Assembly: GCA_025558095.1 (NCBI GenBank)
Contig: JAIVFI010000005.1
Coordinates: forward strand, 372,001-436,000
DNA: 64,000 nucleotides
Source: Hyaloraphidium curvatum SAG 235-1
Lineage: Eukaryota > Fungi > Monoblepharomycota
Reading direction: 5' to 3'
The notes below the pieces were generated by a model. That model was not told the origin of the DNA and did no database searches. It saw nothing but the letters and a program-made list of their open reading frames with translations. A program made the position numbers and the translations under genes. Below, piece by piece: positions 55,174-64,000 of this stretch. Every line of letters begins with the position of its first letter. Positions within the stretch are counted from its first letter, which is position 1.

Positions 55174-56445
55174 TCAGGGATGGCTGTGTGTAGCACGCTC
55201 TAAGTGTGCATGCTCCAGCTTCTCCTGCTCCAGCTGCTGCGCTTTCCGACGTTCCAGATATCTGTGAACGATGGGAAAAGGGTTCAATCGCTCCATTCGA
55301 GACAACGCGATGCCCGCGGCACCCACAGCCGGAAATCGGTGGAGCTCAGCTTCTCCTTCATGTCAGCCACGTTGGCCTTGGAGGATGAGATGACGTCGAT
55401 GAGGTACATATCGACGAGCGGCAGGTCGGCCTTTCGGCGCTCCTCATTCACTGTTCATCGCGTCAGGTACGGTCGTCGCCTCGGCAGAAGACAGGTCCCA
55501 CCGGCCACGCAACCCTGGAACGTTTCTCGAGACCCGACGATGGCCTGAAGTTTCGGATCCCATTTCGTTGGACCGTACGGGTCATAGATGGTCGGAAGAT
55601 CAAAAGTCAAGCCCCGTTTGAAGGTTGACAGGAAGTGGCGGACTTTTTCTGTCCGTGTCTCGATGGGCTGCATCCATTCGCTTCCCTTCTTGTTCTTGAG
55701 CAGCTCCGGGGCTGGAACAGCACGGGAACGGGCTCGTTCACCAAGGGGCCGACGAGCAATAGACAAGGAGCCTTACCGATGATGCCGACCGTCACGCTCT
55801 TGGTGGCGAGCCAAGCTGACATGGCGAGGAGAATCTTGTGGCCGGAGTGGAGGTGGTCAAAGGTGCCTCCCAGGACCACATGGTCGTAGCTGGTCGCCAC
55901 ACGCGACTCCTCGGCCGCTGGCGCCTCGTGCGAGGCGCCCGAGGCCGCCTCAGGCGGCGGCCGCGGAATGTCCAGGACGTGGAATGGATAGGGTTTCAAC
56001 GAGTGCTCCTCCCGATCCCGGTTAACGCCCTCGGCGAGGGCGACGTCTGACATCCACGTAGGAGTGTAAGGATGGGACTGACGGCCCTCGTTCGCGACCC
56101 ACCGTCTCTACCGACAATGAGCACCTCCGCGTCGTTCCATTCCAGCCACGGGTCGTAGCCGCACACCGTCTCGACCACCACGTCGATCGACATCAGCAGA
56201 CGGTCGACTTCCAGAGCTTTCGAGGCGGCCGCCACGTAGAGCTGGCCCAGGAAGTTCTGCACGTCCTTGAACAGGAGCACCGGCCGGTCCTTGAACCGGC
56301 CAATCTGCTCGCAGCGCACGGCGACGCGGAGCTTCTCCGTGACGAGCTCCACGCTCGACGTGATGAGCGTGATCAGGTAGTCCAGGTGCTCGGTCGTCGT
56401 CGCGCACTCGAGGAGGAGAAGCGCGGAATGGTACGTGTCCCCCAT
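55174..56445 (-). CDS. CAB4: Phosphopantetheine adenylyltransferase
   Basis: VLGGTFDHLHSGHKILL, IYDPYGPT, IVGSRET, KLSSTDFR. Confidence 0.92.
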
Positions 56446-56550
56446 CGCGGTCCTCGGCGCGGTGCGGCCGACACGGGGCAGAGGTCGGGGCGAAGGATTG
56501 CAGCGCACACCGGGCGCCGCCGCGCGAGCCGAGAGGGCGGACAAGGCGCG

Positions 56551-58667
56551 ATGCGCCCGGCGATGGCGTGGGGCGGGCGGGGCGTGATGGACGACGACGA
56601 GTCGGTCAACTCCGAACCGCGAATCTCCGCCCGCCTCGTCGCCGACGCGATGAGCGACGGCGAGCGGCCCGACGAGGCCGACGGGCAGATCATTCCGCTG
56701 AGCCCGCTTCCCGAGGACTCGGCGAAGTGGCTCGTGCTCCGCTCGGACCAGCGCGTCGTGCTATACGATCCCGCAAATCTCTCGATGACAGTGCACACGG
56801 CGCGTGGGGGCCTGCGACTTGCCGGTGGCCGCATGCCGCCGCTGCCCGAGTTGGGCCGTCGCGGCCGGAACGCGTCCAGCAGGCGCACCGTGCCCGCGGA
56901 CACCTCGCTGTTCCCGGAAGCGGCCGACGAGGACGAAGCCATGCCGGACAGGGCCAGTTCCCTGGTGCGGGCCCATGTGGCGCCCCAGACCAGGGGCAGG
57001 TGTGCCCTCTGCAACCAGCTGCTGCCGGACGGGCAGAGGTCTCCCGTCACGGAGGTCGAGGACCTTACCAACTTCGTCGACCAACGTTACTTTCAAATGC
57101 TGGCTACGACTTCGTTCACGGACGTCAACCCTCGTCTGCCGGCAGCTGGAGGGCCGGAGGCCTCGCCGCCGAGGCCGGGCAGGTCGAGGACCCGCTCGAC
57201 GGGATCGCAGATGAACGGGGACGCCGAGCAGCTGTCGAGCAAGTCGTTCAACGACGGCTACTGTTGGGTCCGTGCTTTCGTGCTTGCGACGCAGGCTCAT
57301 GGGTCTTTCCAGACGAACGCTTCTTCATCGAGGTCGCCAAGCTGGGCCGGGGCTACCGCGGTTCCGTGTTTCTGTGTCAGCATCTGCTGGACGGCATTGC
57401 GCTCTCCGAGTACGCCATCAAGAAGATTCCCGTTGGAGAATCTCACACCGTGAGCGTCCTTTGTCGCGAGGCGGTTTATGGTTCGCTAAGCCAAGAGCAC
57501 CGCAGTGGCTGGTCCGAATGCTCAAGGAGGTTCGGCTTCTTGAGCGTCTGCAGCACCCTAACGTTGTCGGTGGGTTCCGTCGGGCTTATCTTTTAGGCCC
57601 TGTTTCGAAAGTCTCGCGTTCAGACTTCAAGCACGTTTGGCTCGAACACCACAGCCCTACCATTTACGGGCCGCCCGTGCCGACGCTCTTTGTCCTTATG
57701 AACCTGGCGGTGAGGGTGGTTGCTCCGCAGGCGAAGTAAATCTCACGCCTGCCGCCTTCAGAATGGAGGTAACTTGGAGGACTTCATTTGCGTGCAGCAC
57801 GACCCCACGGGGCCGACCGGAGGCCCTTTGACAGCAAAGGAGATCCTTCGGTTGCGGCAGCAGAACCAAGCAGCCGTTAACGTCCATAAGATCACCTTTT
57901 CCGGGGAGTGGCAGGCTACGGGAGGTTCTTCTGCCGGTTCCGGGGCCCGCACAAAACGGTTCCCGAATCCCGCCGAGCTGCGCGGCGGCATTGGCTGGGC
58001 CGTCAACGCGGACGGTTCCTTCGTCGTGCCGTCACGCAAGGTGCGATACCTCACTCAGGAACAAATCTGGTCGTTCTTTTTGGACATCACGCGCGGCCTC
58101 GCTCACCTGCACCGCAATCGGATCGTGCACCGCGATCTGAAGCCCCCAAATTTGCTCCTGCAGTTCGCGGACGTCTCCCAGAAGAACGTGGACCCGTGTC
58201 CACGGGTACTGATTTCAGATTTCGGCGAGTGCGAGATCCTGTCCGAGCAGGAACAGACGCGCAGGCGGTCAGGTGCCACGGGAACCCTGGAGTTTACGGC
58301 CCCGGAGCTGCTTTCGGGTGACGGCGAAGGGACCGTGGAGGAAGGCATCGCAGCGGACCTGTGGGCGCTGGGGATGATCCTATTCTTTTGCTGCTATAGC
58401 CGTCTTCCCTGGAGCCAGGTCGACGACGTGGACCTGCTGAAGTCAGAGATCCTCGCCGCCGGGGGAGGTATCCGCCTTCCCGAGCCACCTGACGATGCGG
58501 ACGAGGGTTCTGCAAGGGTGTCGCGCGAGCTCCGGGGACTGATGGAGCTCCTGCTGGACGCTGACGGCAACCGGCGCCCGTCGGCGCAGTCGATCCTGGA
58601 TCGCTTCGATGCAGGTTCTTCATCGTGGCATCGCGCGCCGCGATCGCCCGTGGAAGACAATGTGTAG
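56551..58667 (+). CDS. IKS1: IKS1-like protein kinase
   Basis: VVLYD N-terminus, YFQML, FNDGY..RFF.E..KLGRGYRGSVF.C.H.LDG, K.PVGESH, HRDLKPPNLL, DFGE, GATGTLEFTAPE. Confidence 0.88.
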
Positions 58668-58811
58668 CTTAGGTTAACATTCTCATATGCAACTAGCATC
58701 GAGAGAAGCGCCTCCGCTTGGCTTTCGCGCCAATGCATTGGGGCGGCTTCCGTGTTGACGGGGCCGCTTCTGCTCCTTCCACAACCGCCAATCACCGTGC
58801 TGGCCGCGTCC

Positions 58812-60433
58812 ATGGCCGCGCCCAGTGCGAACCCGCACAATGAGAGTGCGACGCATGGCGGCGCCACGCCTGCGCTGTCGGACAACTCCATTGACTTCTA
58901 CGAGGCCGAGGAGGACGTTGGCTCGCCGGCCGGCTTGAGCGACGCCAGCGACGCCATGGACCCCGGAGATGAGAGCTCCGAGGTGCCCGAGGAAGAAGAC
59001 AGCGGAGACGACGGCAGACCCGGCGACCGGGAGGAGGAGCAGGAGCGGAAGGAGCAGGAGCTGCAGCGCATGCAGGAGGAAATGCGGCGGCAAATCATGG
59101 ACATTCAGAGGGACGCGACGCTGCAGCAGACCGAAAAGGCCCGGAGAATCCAGGTGGGCCGAGGGCCCATTTTCATGCGCGGCCGCTTGTGGACTCATGG
59201 GCGCCGGCTGCACCAGGAACTCGTTTCGGGGGGCTACGGCGGGAAGGGGCGGTCGCCAAGCAAGACCATCACCAACTTCCTCCAGAAAGGGGACGCAATC
59301 GACTACAACATGATCACCGGAGAGGACAAGCAGCAGACATTCCATGTCGGTGGCCTCGGTACCTGGGGGACGTTCTCTTGACATGTCTTGGACCGCAGGA
59401 CAAGGAGCATGGCATCCTCGGCTGCAAACACTACCAGCGCGGGGCGAAGCTGCAAGCTCATTGCTGCGGGAAGTGGTTCACGTGCCGGTTCTGCCACGAC
59501 GAAGTCTCCAACCACAACATCGTTCGGTTTGTCATTGTTTGGCGGCCGGGAAGCGCCAGTTCTCTTGAACCGTCGCCTTTTCGGCAGGAACCTGACGCGT
59601 ACGATGCTGTGCATGCACTGCATGACCACGCAGCCGGCTGCCCAGGATTGCAGCAATCCGGCATGCCGGCGCCGCGTGTCGAGGTACTTCTGCCCCGAGT
59701 GCAAGCTGTGGGACGATGATCCGCGGAAGAACATCTACCACTGCTTCGACTGCGGGATATGCCGCATCGGCAAGGGCCTCGGACAAGATTACTTTCACTG
59801 TTGGTGGCTGATCTCGGCGGCGGCTTTCCGTTTCCTGATCTCCGGTTGTGTTACCAGGCAAGAAGTGCAACGTTTGCATGGCCATTTCGCTCAAGGGGCG
59901 GCACAAGTGCATCGAGAGGAACCTCGAGAGCGACTGCCCGGTCTGCGGAGACTACATGTTCACCTCGACCACTACCGTCATCTTCATGCCGTGCGGCCAC
60001 TGGTGCGTCGCCCCCTTGCATCCGTGCCAAGGCTCCTCATCTCTGCCTTAGCATCCACTATAAGTGCCACCAGGCCTACATCGAAACCTCGTACCAGTGC
60101 CCCACGTGCTTCAAGTCGCTGACAAACATGACCGAGTTCTTCCGGAGGATCGATTCCATGCTCGCGCAGCACAAGATGCCGACCGAGTACGAGACCTGGG
60201 GTATGTTTGTCCTTGTCTTCTGTGATCATGGCTCTGAACCGTCCTATCCAGTGTCTTGGGTTCTGTGCAACGATTGCGAGCAAAAGAGCTACGCGAAGTA
60301 CCACTTCCTCTATCACAAGTGCGCCAGCTGTGCGAGCTACAACACTAGGGTGCTCAAGACGTTTGAAAAGGCGATTGATGCGTCCACGGCCGGCGCGGCT
60401 GATTTGGAGGCGGCTGAGCCGCCGGCGCCGTGA
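58812..60433 (+). CDS. RCHY1: CHY zinc-finger / RING E3 ligase (Pirh2/RCHY1-like)
   Basis: GCKHYQR..KL.AHCC..WFTCRFCHD, YFCPECKLWDD, CGICRIG.GLG, HKCIE, CPVC..MF.S, CNDC...YHFLYHKC..C.SYNT. Confidence 0.92.
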
Positions 60434-60519
60434 TGCACTCCGTGATACCTCTTTCGCGTGGCAGAATCTGAGCTGTGAAGATGCTGTGTCTATACCCGCT
60501 GTGTGTTCATTGATTCATT

Positions 60520-61561
60520 TCATCGATACAATTCATGCTGAGCAATATAGTCCACGACGGGATCCGGGGTGAGGTATCGTATCGAAAGCCCCCGCTTCGT
60601 GAGAAGGCGCACTTTCGTCGAGCTGATGTCGTTCCTGACATACTGCCGAATAAACCGCACATTCGTCTAGTCGGTGCCGCGTTAGGTACGCCCCGGCACG
60701 GTCAACTGTCGAAACGGAACCAACCCTGTGTTGGTAGAGAACGTCGCTCGTCATCATGAAGTCCGCCGCGTCCGAGCCTTCCCGATCGATGATTAAGCAG
60801 CCAAACCGACCGCAAATATGGTGTAGCTAGGCAGTCGCTTCAGCATGAACGCCCCTAGTGGCACCGGCGCAACCTACGTGGTCGGTCGCCCACAGATCAG
60901 GAACGCCGAAAGATTCGATAAGATCGGCCCCGGCGAGCAACATTACTTTCACCGGCCGCCCAACTGGTCAGACGATTGAATCAGTCCTCCTGCTGAAGGT
61001 TGGGCCGCGAACCCCACGCTGGGAATCTCTGTTAACCTCGTCCTCGACGTGATCCATGACGAAGGCCGTTTTCGTGTAGTCCTTGATCAGAGCCTCCCAA
61101 GGATCGACCATGAGCCATGGAGAACTGGCGGTGGCCAGCTCCAGCATGCGGACGCGGTGATCGCCCGCAGCTAGTCCTTTCTTCCCGTAGCCGTCTCCCA
61201 CGGGGGAAAAGTAGCCTCCCACGACCTCATACTGCGGCATGAAATCGACCACGTAGTCGCGCGCCATTTCTGCTCGGGCGTTCCAGGCATGGCCGGTGAG
61301 CTTGCTGATTCGAGACTTCCTACGACGTGAGAGGTGCCGTACCGAACATTCGCAGATGGAGGTAGGTGATCGGAGAATAGGATCCGCATGCAAGTATCAC
61401 GAGTGGTTCTTTGCTGGGGTCTGGAGGCCCATTCTGATCAATCGGGTTGAACTGCGCGAGTTTCCGGCCCGCCGGCCACCTTGGAGGGAGGTGCGGAGCT
61501 TGGACCGCGGAAACACGTAGCCCGGAGGATCTGGCACTCTCGGAAAGACAGAATTCGCCAT
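60520..61561 (-). CDS. NMA1: Nicotinamide/nicotinate mononucleotide adenylyltransferase
   Basis: ACGSYSPITYLHLRMFEMA, GGYFSPVGDGYGKKGL, HRVRM, WLMVDPWE, LAGADLIESF, NDISSTKVR, SIRYL. Confidence 0.95.
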
Positions 61562-61692
61562 TTGGCGTGTTCCGCGAAACGAGGCCAATAGACGTGGCGA
61601 TGCGAGCCGGGAGACTTTGAGCATCGGCCCGCGGCAGGCCGCCGAGGCGAAGTCAGTCGGATCAATTTCATCTACAAACACACTTCTCCGCG

Positions 61693-62976
61693 ATGGTTAC
61701 CGCGGCTACCCCTACCTCCGGCCAGAGGGCCCTCATCCTCTGGTCCCGCGCCGATTCGCAGGACGCTGTCCTCGCGCAGCGCTCGGATCTCCAGGCCAAA
61801 GCTGGCCGGGACGTTGCCCTCGAGCTCTTTGAGCACATCGGCGAAGGTGGGCAGACCGTGCCACCGTTGGTCGCCTCGCGGACCTAACGACTGCCGGCCT
61901 TGATTCTGGTCGTCTTCGCGTCCTCGTTGCGCCTCCTCGCGGCGATGGCAACAGCCTCGATCCCCTCGGCTTCCTACGATCTGATAACCACCGGACCGGC
62001 CTATCCTCGGCTGCCTTTCACAGACGAGGTCTATGCCGTTCTATCGCGCGCACTGGCGCCGTCAGGGTGGCTGGCGTACGAGGAGCTCGTTCTCACCAAC
62101 CCCGCGGGCGCCGGCACCGCTTTGCCGAAGTTCCGCGACGCGCAATCGCTGCTTCTTGCCTTGAAGCTGGCCGGCTTCGTGTCGCCCTCCATCGAAGCGA
62201 CTCGCCCGCTCTCCGAGGCGGAAGCGGATGCTCTGGCGTCGGGCGCGTGGAATCTGCCTGTGGGGAGCGGAGCCGGCAAGGCGGCCGTGGATGCCGGGCT
62301 GTGCGTTGCGACCATCACCGCCGCGAAGCCGAGCTACGCCACGGGATCTGCTTCGGCGATCAAATTGCCCCTTCGCTCCAAGAAGCCCGCCGAGCAACCG
62401 CAGTCGAGGTCGCCGGCTCCGGCGCTCGTGGGCTGGAGCGACAGCAGCGAAGATGGCGAGCTCGAGGACGAGGACGCTCTTCTGGACGAGTTAGACAGAG
62501 CCAAACCGGCGAAAGGTCAGGCGGAAATGAACGCTCCCGCCGACCAACCGTTCTGAAGACTGCCGGACACGCCAGTCGACGACTGCGAGATGACCGACGG
62601 CAAGAGGAAGGCTTGCAAGAACTGCGTGTGCGGGCGGGCCGAAGAAGAAGCCGCCGAAGCCGCCGTCGTGACGATATCCTCGGACGAAGCGACCGGTGCC
62701 GTCATCGGGGCCAAGGAGGTCAAGTCCTCGTGTGGCAGCGTGGGTCTTGCCGTCCCCCTTCCGCTCCTGCGGTCACCGACGTTGCTCCCGTCTCTCCAGT
62801 GCTACCTCGGCGATGCTTTCAGGTGCAGCACCTGTCCGTACCTCGGCATGCCGGCCTTTGAACCCGGTCAGAAAGTGGAGCTCACGGGCATCTTTGGTGG
62901 GTGGTCGATGGCTCGCTAACCGTCCCGATTGTGCTCAACTCCTTCCGTAGCTTCTGCCGACATTGATTTTGAGTGA
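61693..62976 (+). CDS. DRE2: Anamorsin / Dre2 Fe-S cluster assembly factor
   Basis: Methyltransferase-like N-terminus (L.P.G, LKLAGF), acidic EDEDALL, C...[38 protein letters not shown]. Confidence 0.95.
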
Positions 62977-63048
62977 TGCGTAGTAGTAGTTGTGTGACAT
63001 TCACTATCATAACTAGCTCCCAAATTCTCCGGTCCGCCCTCTCGTCCC

Positions 63049-64000
63049 ATGGAGACCGAGGCAAAGTCGCAGCCGTCCGGAGTACGGCAGCCCTTGGCTC
63101 CTCTGCGCTCGGCCGAGAACGGTGCCGAATCCCGGGGGCGAACGCTCGCATCGCCGGGCCGGCGCCAACCGTATGAAGATGGCGGCCACGACACCGAGGG
63201 ATCCGAAAATGGACCGGCACGGAAGCGACAACGGACTTCGGACAGCTGCGATGCTTTCCCTGGTGCCGGCATTGCGTCCAGCCCGCTGCGGATGGAGCAC
63301 CGGCTGCCACGGCCCGTCGGGGGCAAGACACGGGGCGTGACCGCCAGCCTCTTCCGGCGAGAAACACAAGGAATTCCTGGGCTTTACAGGCAGAGCAAGC
63401 GTCGGTGCCGTCCTTTCTTGCTGTGGATCCCCCCGATGACCCGTTTCCGTGGCCAGCATCGACGCGGTTCCGGCTGAAGGAGTTCGTCAGCCGCGACGTG
63501 GACACCTACAGCGTGGTCGATGACGATGGGCAAACCGTGCCGCCCTTCGTCTGCAAGTACTCTTCCAGTGAGAGGAACGCTCGGCCCCCGCGCGCCCGCC
63601 GGTTCTGAGCAGCTTGCAGGTACCCAACGGTTGCTCGCCGCAGCCGACGAAAGCGGCGCGGTGATCCTCCTTGATACCTCAGAAGATCGGACACCTTCCG
63701 GTAGGGCATCCGTGGGCTGGTTTCGTCCACCCGACTGCTGACCTCGACGGTAGATCGACTCAAGGAACAAGTCCTTGCTCACAACAACGCGATATTCGAT
63801 CTCTGCTGGACCCCGGACGATTCCGCGATTGTGGGCGCTCTATTTCTTCGGAGCTTTCCGGGTTCCTAAACGTCCGTCGTTCCAGATCACTGCCTCCGGT
63901 GATCAGACGGCCGTGCTGTGGGACGCGGCTACGCTGCAACGGCGAGCAATATTCTCTGGGCACCGATCATCCGTAAAGACAGTCTCGGCCTGTCCATCGG
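63049..64000 (+). CDS. CDT2: WD40 protein Cdt2/DTL (denticleless); 3' partial
   Basis: PPFVCKYS, LLAAADESG.V.L.DT, AHNNAIFDL.W, TASGDQT..LWD, GHRSSVK.V. Confidence 0.85.

Noticed and set aside
1-64000. Selenoprotein (in-frame TGA plus SECIS), known in some early-diverging fungi
   Set aside because: No reconstructed gene needed an in-frame TGA at a Cys-homologous site, and no SECIS was recognised.
1-64000. tRNA or rRNA genes
   Set aside because: No cloverleaf with T-loop/D-loop consensus and no rRNA-like sequence was recognised by eye; tRNAscan-SE and barrnap would settle it.

Overview
Gene-dense, GC-rich eukaryotic DNA with short (mostly about 50-70 nt) spliceosomal introns and CTRAC-type branch points. 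Gene content (AA11 LPMO, GH26, ARO2, Yap-like bZIP, TPX2, NCOA5-like RRM) points to an early-diverging fungus of chytrid or monoblepharid grade; the organism is inferred, not shown. About 37 protein-coding loci were reconstructed by hand, mostly housekeeping: PPIL3, GLO2, BNA4/KMO, VPS23, COQ2, PABPN1, ARO2, GPI16, GPI14, CAB4, IKS1, RCHY1, NMNAT, DRE2, CDT2. Most long ORFs in the supplied track are antisense shadows caused by high GC. Main points of interest: (1) three divergent, intron-sharing paralogous coiled-coil genes (30.7-31.8, 51.4-52.3 and 52.5-53.6 kb) that align along the SYCP3/Cor1 meiotic-axis coiled coil; (2) an intact IS630/Tc1-type transposase with unusual DD57E spacing fused to a roughly 470-aa C-terminal region containing an internal repeat, beside a 4-kb decayed accessory region; (3) an intronless bacterial-type CsaA gene, a horizontal-transfer candidate; (4) a 3-nt microexon and recurrent GC-AG introns; (5) an internally deleted MYND pseudogene, an orphan-LRR chimera and two candidate structured RNAs. 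Splice models and family calls are manual, and comparisons with known proteins come from memory rather than database searches.
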